Of a DNA stretch of 45,524 bases, positions 28,071-37,831 are shown one piece after another. The notes under the pieces are model-generated. The model was not told where the DNA came from. It saw only the letters and a list, made by a program, of their open reading frames with translations, and searched no databases. The stretch's first letter is position 1, and every line of letters starts with the position of its first letter. Where the stretch lies: the NCBI GenBank assembly GCA_003222305.1, contig QHVQ01000009.1, positions 1 to 45,524 of the forward strand, in the 5' to 3' direction. The position numbers and the translations under genes are program-made. The stretch is from Acidobacteriota bacterium. Lineage in GTDB: Bacteria > Acidobacteriota > Polarisedimenticolia > Gp22-AA2 > AA152.

Positions 28071-29441
28071 CTAGCGGTTGGAGGCCGCCAAGTACTCGAT
28101 CAGGTCGATCTTCGTGACGACGCCCTGGAGGCGGCCGGAGTCGATGATCAGGGCGACCTTCCCCTGGGCCACCACGTCGGACAGGCGAGACACCGGGGCA
28201 GAAGGTTCCACCACCTCGTAGGTGGGCTCCGCGAGGGCCCCGGCGGATTTGTGCGCCGAGGATGGGTCGCTGAGCATGGCGCCGAGGAGTCCCGACTCGG
28301 AGAGCATGCCCACGAGGCGCTCCCCTTCCATCACCGGGACCTGGGAGATTCCATGCATCTTCATCACGCCCAAAACGTCCCTCACCGAATCGGCCGCCTG
28401 AGCGACGATGACCTTTTGTGGACGCTTGTGCAGGAGATCCTCCACGCGCCCGGCCAGCTCCTCCTCCAGAAATCCGTTCTGACGCAGCCAGGCATCATCA
28501 TAGACCTTGCTCAGGTAGCGGGAGCCCGAGTCGGGCATCAGGACCACGAGGGTCCTGCACTCGGGGTGGGCCTGCGCGTATTTGATCGCCCCGGCCATGG
28601 CCCCGCCGCAGGAGCCCCCGCCGAAAATCCCTTCCTTGCGCGTCAGTTCCCGGGCGGTGGAGAAGCACTCCTTGTCGCTCACTTGGATCACCTCGTCCAC
28701 GCATGAAAGATCGATGGTATCGGGAATGAAATCCTCGCCAAACCCCTCCACCTTGTAGGTCTTCAGGATCTTTGGTGACTTCCCCGTCTTGATGTACTCG
28801 TAGAAGATGGAGCCCACGGGATCCACCAAGACGTACTTGACCGAAGGCTTCTTCGGCTTGATATAGCGGGCGATGCCGGTGAGAGTCCCCCCCGTCCCCG
28901 TCGCCACCACCACCGCGTCCAGCTCCTCGCCCATCTGCTCCCACACTTCCGGGCCTGTGGTCCGGAAGTGGGCTTCAGGGTTGCTCATGTTCTGGTACTG
29001 GTTGGCGAAGAAGGCACTGGGAGTCGTCTCAGCGACGCGACGGGCCACCTGGTAGTAGCTGCGCGGGTCTTCAGGCGGTACGGCCGTAGGGGTGGTGATC
29101 ACCTTGGCCCCGAACGCCCGAAGCGCCTTGATTTTCTCGTCGCTGACCTTGTCGGGCATGACCAGGATGGTGTGATAGCCTCGGGCGGCCCCCACCATGG
29201 CAAGTCCCATGCCGGTATTGCCGGATGTGCACTCCACTACGGTCCCCCCGGGCTTCAGCTCACCCGACCGCTCAGCGTCTTCGATAATCTGGACGGCGAT
29301 CCTGTCCTTGACGCTGCTGCCCGGATTCAGATACTCCAGCTTGGCATAAAAGGTGGCTCCCGTGTCCCGGCCCAGGCGGTTGATTCGGACCAGGGGTGTG
29401 TGCCCGATGGCGTCCACGACATTGTCGTAAACGTTTTGCAT
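28071..29441 (-). CDS. Cystathionine beta-synthase (PLP domain plus CBS pair, no heme domain)
   Basis: EYLNPGSSVKDR, TSGNTG, GTGGT, PDSGSRYLSK; C-terminal CBS domains. Confidence 0.93.
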   Translation of the reverse strand: MQNVYDNVVDAIGHTPLVRINRLGRDTGATFYAKLEYLNPGSSVKDRIAVQIIEDAERSGELKPGGTVVECTSGNTGMGLAMVGAARGYHTILVMPDKVSDEKIKALRAFGAKVITTPTAVPPEDPRSYYQVARRVAETTPSAFFANQYQNMSNPEAHFRTTGPEVWEQMGEELDAVVVATGTGGTLTGIARYIKPKKPSVKYVLVDPVGSIFYEYIKTGKSPKILKTYKVEGFGEDFIPDTIDLSCVDEVIQVSDKECFSTARELTRKEGIFGGGSCGGAMAGAIKYAQAHPECRTLVVLMPDSGSRYLSKVYDDAWLRQNGFLEEELAGRVEDLLHKRPQKVIVAQAADSVRDVLGVMKMHGISQVPVMEGERLVGMLSESGLLGAMLSDPSSAHKSAGALAEPTYEVVEPSAPVSRLSDVVAQGKVALIIDSGRLQGVVTKIDLIEYLAASNR

Positions 29442-29685
29442 GGCTCGTCATCTTGACTTGTTCCGGGGTATCGAGTCAAGGACAGGCGTGGCGGCGAGGG
29501 GAGAAGAATACGTGCCAGGCTCGCCGGCTCGTGTCGGAGCGGAATTCCTGGGAGCAGGGACCAGGCCGGGGGTCCCGGGCTGGAGCTGCACTGAGAAAAA
29601 TGAACCCGAACCACTCTGGGAGTGCTAGAATGTCCAGACTTCTCCTGCAGCGGTGCGGCCAGGATTCTCCTTTGGGACGGTGCGT

Positions 29686-29973
29686 ATGGAAGATTCGACG
29701 AGCGACCCCAAGAGCAAGATTCAGGAGCTGATCGATTATCAGATCAATCCGGCCGTGGCGGGACACGGGGGGGTCATCGAGCTCCTGGACTACAAGGATG
29801 GCGTGGTCTACCTGCGCATGGGGGGAGGCTGCCAGGGATGCGGCATGGCCAATGTCACCCTGAAGCAGGGGATCGAGCGGATGCTCCGCGAAGAGATCCC
29901 GGAAATCCTGCAGGTGGTGGACACCACCGATCATGCCGGCGGGACCAATCCCTATTATCAGCCCTCCAAGTAA
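29686..29973 (+). CDS. NifU-C/NfuA-type Fe-S cluster carrier
   Basis: INPAVAGHGG, GGGCQGC, TLKQGIE, DTTDH...NPYY. Confidence 0.92.
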   Translation: MEDSTSDPKSKIQELIDYQINPAVAGHGGVIELLDYKDGVVYLRMGGGCQGCGMANVTLKQGIERMLREEIPEILQVVDTTDHAGGTNPYYQPSK

Positions 29974-30025
29974 AGCGGACTCCGGATACCCAACCTCCGA
30001 CTCCCCGGCATCCACGGATACTTCC

Positions 30026-31477
30026 ATGCGTCAGCCAGGCGGAATTCTCCTCGTCTCCTGCTATGAGCTGGGCCACCAGCCCCTCGGGCTTGCCCTTCCC
30101 CTGGGCTTTCTGGAAGCCGCAGGATTCCGCCCGGAGGCAGTCGATGTCTCGCGCGAGCCGCTAAATCGTGCGCGGATTGCGAGCGCCCGGCTGGCCGCCC
30201 TCTCCGTGCCGATGCATACCGCCTTGCGACTCGGTGTCCGGGTCGCCGGCCTCATCCGACAAGAAAACCCTTCCTGCCACATCTGCCTCCATGGCCATTA
30301 CGCTGCTCTTAATGCCGACTATCTCCTCAGCGGCCCGGCCGATTCCATCCTCGCGGGCGAATGCGAGGCGAGCCTGGTGGACCTTGCCTGCTCGCTGGAG
30401 GCGGGACGGGATCTCTCGGAGGTCTCGGGACTGTCCTTGCCACACCGGAGAGCCGCCCCGATCCGGCGCCGCCTGCGGTTCGTTGTGCCGAGTCGAGAGC
30501 GCCTCCGGCCGCTCGCCAATTACGCTTCGCTGGAAGAGGAGAGCGGGATTCGGATTGCCGGATGCGTGCAGGCCAGCCGCGGATGTCTGCACCTCTGCCG
30601 TCACTGTCCCATCCCCCCCGTCTACCAGGGTCGATTCTTCGTGATTCCTCGCGAGGTGGTGCTCGCGGACATCCGCAGGCAGGTGGAGCTGGGTGCGACT
30701 CATATCACTTTTGGAGATCCCGATTTCCTGAACGGTCCCGGACACTCCTTGGCGCTGGTGGCGGAGATGCACCGGCTCTTTCCCTTCCTCACTTTCGATT
30801 TCACTGCCAAGATCGAGCACCTCCTCAAGCACGCCTCCCTTCTCCCGAAGCTGAAGGACGCGGGGTGTCTTTTCGTGGTGTCGGCTGTGGAATCGCTCAG
30901 CGACCGGGTGCTGAACATTCTGGACAAGGGGCACACCCGTCGAGACGTGGAAACGGTGCTCGATCTGTTTCAGAGTGCACGCCTGACCCTGCGTCCGTCC
31001 CTGGTGCCTTTCACACCCTGGTCAACACCTTCCGACTACTCCGAGCTGCTGGATTTCGTGCAGGAGCGGGACCTCGTGGATGCGGTGGAGCCGGTGCAAT
31101 TCTCGGTCCGGCGGTTGATCCCTCCAGGCTCCGGTCTGCTGGACCAGCCCGCGATGTCCCCCCACCTGGGGGCGCTGGTCCCGGAATCGTTCAGCTACAC
31201 CTGGAAGCATCCGGATGAGCGGATGGATCGACTTCATCGCCGGGTGTCATCCGAGGTCGAGCAGGCGGCCCACCGACGCGAAGCGTCGGAAGAGACCTTT
31301 CTTCGGATTCGCAGAATCTGCTCGGAGATTATCGGAAGGACCGCTCCGGCAGCTCGGAGCATGACGGAGACTGTCCTGAGGCGCCACGTGCCCCGACTGA
31401 CCGAAAGCTGGTTTTGCTGAGCGGAGCCCACCGAGGGTCAGTTGGACCCTCTTCGGCGGGTAGACCGAGTGGTCTGA
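30026..31477 (+). CDS. CUAEP-tail radical SAM selenoprotein (B12-binding-like N-terminus); UGA 31418-31420 read as Sec
   Basis: SCYELGHQP N-terminus; SRGCLHLCRHC; HITFGDPDFLN; tail RLTESWFC-TGA-AEPTEGQLDPLRRVDRVV then stop at 31475-31477. Confidence 0.88.
31426..31460 (+). promoter_or_regulatory. Candidate bacterial SECIS hairpin
   Basis: GAGGGTC-AGTTG-GACCCTC stem-loop (31433-31451) starting 12 nt after the TGA, extendable with flanking CCC/CC...GG/GGG pairs. Confidence 0.65.
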
Positions 31478-31487
31478 GCCGACGGTT

Positions 31488-32726
31488 TCATCGAATCACG
31501 ATTTCCAGACGACGATAGGCTTCCCGCAAGGCGGTCTCCGCGGCAGCGGGGTCGGTCGCGCGGGCAAAGATGAACCCGAGGTACCTGGCCCCCTCCGGCA
31601 GTGGCACCACCGATTGACCCGTCGGAATGCTCTGGACCACCTGTTCAATCCCCGGGATCGCCCTGGCCGACTCCATCCCCCCGAATCGTTTCAGAATGCC
31701 GCCCCGGGGGATCGGGATCATCATGACTCCCGCAGCCCGCCTTTCGCGCTCCAGAGACTCCAGATCCATTCCCAGGGCGTGGCGAATGATGAGCTCCTCC
31801 AACGACATCCCCGCCCCGAATCGCAGGGCGCGCGAGCAGAGTCCTCCCACGGAGCGCGCCGCCACTTCCAAAGGCCAGATCCCTTCCTCGTTCAATCTCA
31901 GTTCCGCGTGGAGGGGCCCTTCCCGCAGTCCCACAGCGAAGGCGGTTCGGGCCGTCATCTCGATAATGTGCCGTTGCCTCTCCTCCGAGAACCGGGAAGG
32001 GGTCACATAGATTGTCTCTTCAAAGAAGGGACCCTCCAGCGGATCCGGCTTGTCGAAAATCGCCAGCACCTTCAGCTCGCCTCCGACCAGCAGCCCCTCC
32101 ACAGCGACCTCGTCGCCCTGGATGTAGGATTCGACCAGAATCCATCCGGCGGCCTCCCCACCCTTCTTCAGGATTTCTGGATCTGCCAGCAGGCGCTTCA
32201 CCCGCTCGAAGGCCAGGGCAAAGCTCTCTCCATCATTCGCCCGTATCACGCCGCGGCTGGCCGAAAGGAACAGCGGCTTGAGCACGCAAGGGTAGCCGAC
32301 GTGCCGAGCCGCGATCCTCGGATCCTCTTCGGTGGAAAACTTCCAGAATTGCGGAACCGGGATGCCCGATTTCCGGAGCAGTTCGCGCGCCCGCAGCTTG
32401 TGTCGGGTAAGACGTACTGCTTCCCCCGGGTTGTGCGGAAGGCCGAGGGCCAGGGAGGCCTCGGCGGCTGTCACCGTGGTCTCGTCCTCCACTCCCACCA
32501 CTCCGTCCAGAGGATGTTCCCGCGCGAACTCAACGATTCGCCGAACGGCGGACGAGGAGTCCTTGAAATCCAGTGCGAGGGTGCCGCCCGGCGCGGCCTC
32601 CTCCAGGGTCTGGCGCTGATCGGATCCGACCACGACTTCCACGCCGAGGCGGATCGCTGCGCTCACGAAATCGGCGGCACGATAGGTGGTGACAGGCATG
32701 AGGAGGAGAATCCGGTAAGAGCTCAT
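31488..32726 (-). CDS. ATP-grasp domain ligase
   Basis: GYPCVLKPLFLSASRGV, LVESYIQGDEVAVE, HAELR, LEVAARSVGG. Confidence 0.9.
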   Translation of the reverse strand: MSSYRILLLMPVTTYRAADFVSAAIRLGVEVVVGSDQRQTLEEAAPGGTLALDFKDSSSAVRRIVEFAREHPLDGVVGVEDETTVTAAEASLALGLPHNPGEAVRLTRHKLRARELLRKSGIPVPQFWKFSTEEDPRIAARHVGYPCVLKPLFLSASRGVIRANDGESFALAFERVKRLLADPEILKKGGEAAGWILVESYIQGDEVAVEGLLVGGELKVLAIFDKPDPLEGPFFEETIYVTPSRFSEERQRHIIEMTARTAFAVGLREGPLHAELRLNEEGIWPLEVAARSVGGLCSRALRFGAGMSLEELIIRHALGMDLESLERERRAAGVMMIPIPRGGILKRFGGMESARAIPGIEQVVQSIPTGQSVVPLPEGARYLGFIFARATDPAAAETALREAYRRLEIVIR

Positions 32727-32732
32727 GGTCGA

Positions 32733-32752
32733 ATTCTAACCTCTGCTATACT
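32733..32752. promoter_or_regulatory. Back-to-back -10 elements for the ATP-grasp gene (minus) and maoC (plus)
   Basis: TAGAAT on minus at 32738-32733; TGcTATACT (extended -10) on plus at 32744-32752. Confidence 0.5.
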
Positions 32753-32787
32753 CCGGTGCGACACTTCCCTCGGCAGCGGAGGCTCTC

Positions 32788-33240
32788 ATGCCGGGTAGGT
32801 ATTTCGACGATCTACAGGTCGGCGAGCGGATCCAGCACCGTGTCGCCCGCACCGTCACCGAGACCGACAACGTCCTCTTCTGTTCGCTCACTGCCAACAC
32901 CCAGCCGCTCCATCTCGACGAGGAATTCGCGGCGAAGACCCCCTTTGGGCACCGCATCGTGAACGGCATCTTCACGCTGGGTCTCGTCGTGGGTCTCACC
33001 GTTTCCGATCTGACGGAGGGGACGATCGTGGCAAACCTGTCCTATGAAAAGGTTGCACATCCGAAGCCGGTCTTCCCTGGCGACACCCTCTCGGTTGAGA
33101 CCGAGGTCCTGGAGAAGCGCCCCTCGAAGTCACGGCCCGAGCAGGGGATCGTAAGGCTGCGACACTTCGGGAAGAACCAGCGCGGCGAAGTCGTGGTGGA
33201 CCTGGAGCGGACCGTGCTGTTTCTGCGCAGGCGGGCATGA
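32788..33240 (+). CDS. MaoC-family (R)-specific enoyl-CoA hydratase/dehydratase
   Basis: GRYFDDL, RTVTETDNVLF, NTQPLHLD, PVFPGDTL. Confidence 0.9.
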   Translation: MPGRYFDDLQVGERIQHRVARTVTETDNVLFCSLTANTQPLHLDEEFAAKTPFGHRIVNGIFTLGLVVGLTVSDLTEGTIVANLSYEKVAHPKPVFPGDTLSVETEVLEKRPSKSRPEQGIVRLRHFGKNQRGEVVVDLERTVLFLRRRA

Positions 33241-34109
33241 GCGCTCCCGGAGAGATTCGCTCGCTGCGCGCGCGGAGGTCCCTCCTGTTCGTACCCGGCG
33301 ACGACGCCCGGAAAATCGCCAAGGCCGCCGCTTCCGGGGCGGATTGCGTGGTCCTGGACCTGGAGGACGGAGTTGCGACGGACCGGAAGCTTGCGGCCCG
33401 CCAGACGGTGGCCTCGAGCCTCTCCAGTCTCCAGTTCGGCGGCAGCGAGCGGCTGGTGCGCGTGAATCCCGTCGGATCGGAGCTCCATCCAGGCGACATC
33501 GAGGCGACCCTTTCCTCTCGGCCGGATGGCTATGTCCTTCCCAAGGTGGAATCACCGGAGCAGGTCCAGCAGCTAGCCCGCCGGACCTTTCCGAGTCCCC
33601 TCCCCCTGCTGGCCCTGATCGAAAGTGCGCGGGGTGTTTTGGAACTGAAGGAGATCGCCGGCTCCGATCCTCGTCTGGTGGCCCTGCTCTTCGGCGCGGA
33701 GGATCTCACCGCCGACATGGGGGCGGTGCGCACCAGGGCAGGACAGGAAGCAGCCTGGGCGCGGGGCGCCGTGGTGGTGGCGGCCGCAGCTTTTTCCCTC
33801 CAGGCCATCGACACGGTGTTCGTAGACCTCCACGATGAAGAGGGACTCCACCGCGAATCGCTGGATGCCTGCGGGATGGGCTATGCAGGGAAGATGGCGA
33901 TCCATCCCAAGCAACTTTCCCTTATCCACCAGGCCTTCACGCCCTCCGATGAGGAGATTGCCAAGGCCTGCCGGCTGGTGGAAGTCCATGCCCGGCACCA
34001 GGACCAGGGAAAGGGGGCCTTTGCCCTGGACGGAAGGATGGTGGATTGGCCCATGGTCCGAGCCGCGGAGCACCTCCTCGCCCGGGCCCGGGCTGCAGGA
34101 AAAATCTGA
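33237..34109 (+). CDS. CitE-like CoA-ester lyase (HpcH/HpaI aldolase/citrate lyase family)
   Basis: RRSLLFVPG, LDLEDGV, LPKVE, LIESARG, FGAEDL, GKMAIHPKQ; ATGA overlap with maoC. Confidence 0.92.
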   Translation: MSAPGEIRSLRARRSLLFVPGDDARKIAKAAASGADCVVLDLEDGVATDRKLAARQTVASSLSSLQFGGSERLVRVNPVGSELHPGDIEATLSSRPDGYVLPKVESPEQVQQLARRTFPSPLPLLALIESARGVLELKEIAGSDPRLVALLFGAEDLTADMGAVRTRAGQEAAWARGAVVVAAAAFSLQAIDTVFVDLHDEEGLHRESLDACGMGYAGKMAIHPKQLSLIHQAFTPSDEEIAKACRLVEVHARHQDQGKGAFALDGRMVDWPMVRAAEHLLARARAAGKI

Positions 34110-34125
34110 AATCGCTCGCCGGAGG

Positions 34126-34641
34126 TCATCCCCCCTTCCCACCCGTTGCATCCAGATCCACCAGGACCTGACCCCGATCCACTTGATCTCCCGCGCCACA
34201 GTGCAATTTGATCACCCGGGCCTGCTCCGGCGCGGTGATCCGGATCTCCATCTTCATCGCCTCGAGGACGACCAGCGTCTGGCCCCGCCGAACCGTCTCT
34301 CCCGCTACCACCGCCACCCGCCGGACGAGTCCGGGCATGGGTGCTTCCAGCCCATGCTCGTGTTGTTGGGGCGCCCGCGGCGAGAGGGGGTCGAGCTTCT
34401 GCAGACGATAACCCTCGCCCTCACAGGCCAGGTGCAGTGACGAGCCGTCTCGCGCGCATGAGATGCGATGGCGCCTCCCGTCCACCTCCAGGTCCAGGGT
34501 TCCGTCTCTTGCCGGATGCAGTCTAAATCGGCATTCTCGTCCGTCCACCCAGGCCCGGATCCCTTCGGGGCCAGACTCGAGTGCGACGACATACTCTTTC
34601 CCCTGACTTTGAAAGCGATATTCCACGCCTTTCCCTTTCAA
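34126..34641 (-). CDS. Biotin carboxyl carrier protein with N-terminal BT-like domain
   Basis: APMPG and LEAMKME biotinylation motif. Confidence 0.9.
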   Translation of the reverse strand: MKGKGVEYRFQSQGKEYVVALESGPEGIRAWVDGRECRFRLHPARDGTLDLEVDGRRHRISCARDGSSLHLACEGEGYRLQKLDPLSPRAPQQHEHGLEAPMPGLVRRVAVVAGETVRRGQTLVVLEAMKMEIRITAPEQARVIKLHCGAGDQVDRGQVLVDLDATGGKGG

Positions 34642-36146
34642 CCGCTCAGTCGGAAACCGTCGGCGACCCTCCAGGGGCTGTGAAGATCCCCCGTCTCGCC
34701 GGCCGCTGTCTTCCCGGACGGCAGTGCCCCTCCCTCAGCGAGGATCGCCGCCGCGATCAGAACTTCGTCCGGCGGGTGGTGGACATTCCCCGCAGGGAAC
34801 AGATGATTCGGCAGGAAGTCGGTCGTGGCGTCTCCCCGACGGAAGACGGGATGGGCGAGCAGTCGTTTCAAGAGTCCCTGGTTTGTTGTCGGACCCAGCA
34901 CCACCGTGTCCCGAAGCACCCCTTCCATCCTACGCAACGCCGCCTCGCGATCCTCCGCGCTCACGATAATCTTGGCCAGGAGGGAGTCATAGTGGATCGA
35001 AACCTCATCCCCTTCGGCATAGCCTGAGTCCACCCGGACTCCGGGCCCCTCCGGCATCTTCCACCGGAGGATCCGGCCAGGGGAAGGGGCGAAGTCCCGA
35101 GCAGGGTCTTCGGCGTAAAGGCGGCATTCCAAGGCATGTCCCCGCGGAACGGCCGCAGCCCACGACGGAGAGATGGGCTCCCCCACCGCCAGCTGGATCT
35201 GAGCCGCGACCAGGTCCACGCCCGTCAGCACCTCGGTGACCGGGTGCTCCACTTGTAGACGCGTGTTCATCTCGAGGAAGTAGAACTCGCCGGAATCGAG
35301 ATCCAGGAGAAACTCCACCGTCCCGGCATTGGAGTACCCCGCGGCTTTCGCGACGGCGACCGCGGTGACCCCCATCCGCTCGCGCAGCTCCTCCGTGAGG
35401 GCGGGTGAAGGGCTCTCCTCCAGGATTTTCTGGTACCGCCTCTGCACGGAGCAGTCCCTCTCGAACAGAGAGATGACGCGCCCCTCCAAGTCCCCCAATA
35501 CCTGGATCTCCACATGTCGGGCAGAGGGGATGAGCTTTTCCAGGAAGACCCGCGAGTTGCCGAAGGCGCCCTCGGCCTCCCGCCGGGCGGAGTGCAGCGC
35601 CTCCTCCAACCCCGCGGGGGTGGCCGCTACCCGCATGCCGCGTCCCCCGCCTCCCCCGGCCGCCTTCACCAGCACCGGGAACCCGAGCTTCTTCGCTTCA
35701 CGCAGGAAATCGGCCTCACTCCCGCCCCCCGCATAGCCGGGCACTACGGGGATCCCCGCGGTGCGGGCGAGCTCCCTCGCCCGGGTCTTGTCCCCCAGCC
35801 GCTGAATGGTCCCGGCCTCCGGCCCGATAAAGACAAGCCCCGCCGCGCGCACCGCCCGAGCGAACGCGGCATCCTCGGAGAGAAAACCGTACCCTGGGTG
35901 AATGGCCTCACAGCCGGCGCTCCGAGCCGCCTCCAAGATCACCGAAGCATTGAGGTAAGTCTCGGCGGGACTCGCTCCTTGAAGCGGGATTGCCTCGTCC
36001 GCTTCCCGCACGTGCAGGGCCGAGGCATCGACTTCGGAGTGGAGGGCTACGGAGACGATCCCCGACTCGCGGCAGGCCCGCGCGATCCGGACGGCGATCT
36101 CTCCGCGATTGGCGATTAGGAGGCGATGGAACAAGAGTGGCCCCAC
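34638..36146 (-). CDS. Biotin carboxylase (acyl-CoA carboxylase alpha, BC part)
   Basis: LIANRGEIA, HPGYGFLSE, GGGGRGM, ERDCSVQRR, EMNTRLQVEH. Confidence 0.95.
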   Translation of the reverse strand: MGPLLFHRLLIANRGEIAVRIARACRESGIVSVALHSEVDASALHVREADEAIPLQGASPAETYLNASVILEAARSAGCEAIHPGYGFLSEDAAFARAVRAAGLVFIGPEAGTIQRLGDKTRARELARTAGIPVVPGYAGGGSEADFLREAKKLGFPVLVKAAGGGGGRGMRVAATPAGLEEALHSARREAEGAFGNSRVFLEKLIPSARHVEIQVLGDLEGRVISLFERDCSVQRRYQKILEESPSPALTEELRERMGVTAVAVAKAAGYSNAGTVEFLLDLDSGEFYFLEMNTRLQVEHPVTEVLTGVDLVAAQIQLAVGEPISPSWAAAVPRGHALECRLYAEDPARDFAPSPGRILRWKMPEGPGVRVDSGYAEGDEVSIHYDSLLAKIIVSAEDREAALRRMEGVLRDTVVLGPTTNQGLLKRLLAHPVFRRGDATTDFLPNHLFPAGNVHHPPDEVLIAAAILAEGGALPSGKTAAGETGDLHSPWRVADGFRLSG

Positions 36147-36151
36147 GGTCC

Positions 36152-37762
36152 TTACATGCGAAAAACGCCATAACGGGTGTCCCGCGGCGGCGCGTTCAGC
36201 GTGGCAGCGAGGGCCAGCCCCAGAACGCGGCGGGTCTGGGGAGGATCCAGGATCCCGTCGTCCCAGAGGCGGGCCGTGGAGTAATAGGGACTCCCTTCAG
36301 TTTCATACTTCTCCAAGATGGGACGCATGAACTCTTCGCGCTGGGCGGTGGCCATGGCAGGCTTCCCGCTCCGAAGGTTCTGCTCATCCTTCACGGTGGC
36401 CAGAACGTTGGCCGCCTGCTCGCCTCCCATGACGCTGATCCGCGCATTGGGCCACATCCAGAGGAACCGTGGAGAATAGGCGCGGCCGCACATCCCATAG
36501 TTGCCCGCCCCGAAGCTGCCGCCAATGATTACCGTGAGCTTGGGCACCGCAGCGTTGGCCACGGCGTGGACCATTTTGGCCCCGTCCTTGGCGATGCCTC
36601 CCGCCTCGTACTGCTTGCCCACCATGAAGCCAGTGATGTTCTGCAGGAAGATCAGCGGAATGCCCCGGGACGTGCACAGCTCCACGAAGTGGGTCCCCTT
36701 CAAAGCCGATTCGCTGAACAGCACTCCGTTGTTGGCCAGGATCCCTGCAAGGCACCCTTCGACGCGGGCAAAGCCGCAGATCAGCGTGGCGCCGTAGCGC
36801 GCCTTGAACTCCCGGAAGCGGCTGCCGTCCACGAGCCGCGCGATGATCTCTCGCACGTCGTAGACCTCGCGAAAGCTGCGCGGGAGCACGCCGTAGATCT
36901 CCACGGGGTCGAAGCGCGGCGCCTCAGGCGACGCCACCTCCACACCCACAGTCCTGCGCCGATTAAGCGTGGCGACAATTTCTCTCACCAGCGCCAGCGC
37001 GTGCTGGTCGTCCTCGGCGAGATGATCGGCCACGCCGGAACGGCGGGTGTGCACCTCGGCCCCTCCCAGTTCCTCGGCGCTGACCTCTTCGCCGGTGGCC
37101 GCCTTCACCAGGGGCGGTCCCCCCAAGAAGATGGTGCCTTTCCCCTTCACGATGACGGTCTCGTCGCTCATGGAAGGAACGTAGGCTCCCCCCGCCGTGC
37201 AGCTTCCCATCACAGCCGCAATCTGCGGTATCCCTAGGGCGCTGAGCCGGGCCTGGTTATAGAAAATGCGGCCGAAATGATCCCGGTCCGGGAAAACCTC
37301 GGCCTGGAGCGGCAGGAATGCCCCTCCCGAATCCACCAGGTAGATGCAGGGGAGGTTGTTCTCGGCGGCGATTTCCTGGGCCCGAAGGTGCTTCTTGACG
37401 GTGACGGGATAGTAGGTTCCGCCCTTCACGGTGGCGTCGTTGGCCACGATGAGGCACTCGACACCACTGACCCGGCCGATCCCCGTGACCAGCCCGGCAC
37501 AGGGGGCCTCGCCATCGTACATCTCCCAGGCGGCGAGCGGACTCAGCTCGAGGAAGGGGGAGCCCTGGTCCAGCAGGCGATCGATGCGATCGCGCACCAA
37601 CAGCTTTCCCTGCTGGACGTGACGCTCGCGGTACTTTTCCCCGCCTCCCATGCGCGCCAGGGCAAGGCGCTCCTTGAGCTCCCCGGCCAGCCGGCGGTGA
37701 TGAGCATCGTTTTGTTTGAAGCGATCGGCGCGAGTGTCCAGAGCGGAGGCCAGGATCTCCAT
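36152..37762 (-). CDS. 3-methylcrotonyl-CoA carboxylase beta (carboxyltransferase) subunit
   Basis: [54 protein letters not shown]-terminal YGVFRM. Confidence 0.93.
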   Translation of the reverse strand: MEILASALDTRADRFKQNDAHHRRLAGELKERLALARMGGGEKYRERHVQQGKLLVRDRIDRLLDQGSPFLELSPLAAWEMYDGEAPCAGLVTGIGRVSGVECLIVANDATVKGGTYYPVTVKKHLRAQEIAAENNLPCIYLVDSGGAFLPLQAEVFPDRDHFGRIFYNQARLSALGIPQIAAVMGSCTAGGAYVPSMSDETVIVKGKGTIFLGGPPLVKAATGEEVSAEELGGAEVHTRRSGVADHLAEDDQHALALVREIVATLNRRRTVGVEVASPEAPRFDPVEIYGVLPRSFREVYDVREIIARLVDGSRFREFKARYGATLICGFARVEGCLAGILANNGVLFSESALKGTHFVELCTSRGIPLIFLQNITGFMVGKQYEAGGIAKDGAKMVHAVANAAVPKLTVIIGGSFGAGNYGMCGRAYSPRFLWMWPNARISVMGGEQAANVLATVKDEQNLRSGKPAMATAQREEFMRPILEKYETEGSPYYSTARLWDDGILDPPQTRRVLGLALAATLNAPPRDTRYGVFRM

Positions 37763-37831
37763 GGGCCGTGAGTGTAGCATTCGACCTTCCCCCCCGCAAC
37801 GGCTCGCGGGCGGGGCGGCGGGTGAACGGAT

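Noticed and set aside
29602-29628. CIRCE element before the NfuA gene
   Set aside because: Only the right half-site (GAGTGCTAG) is present
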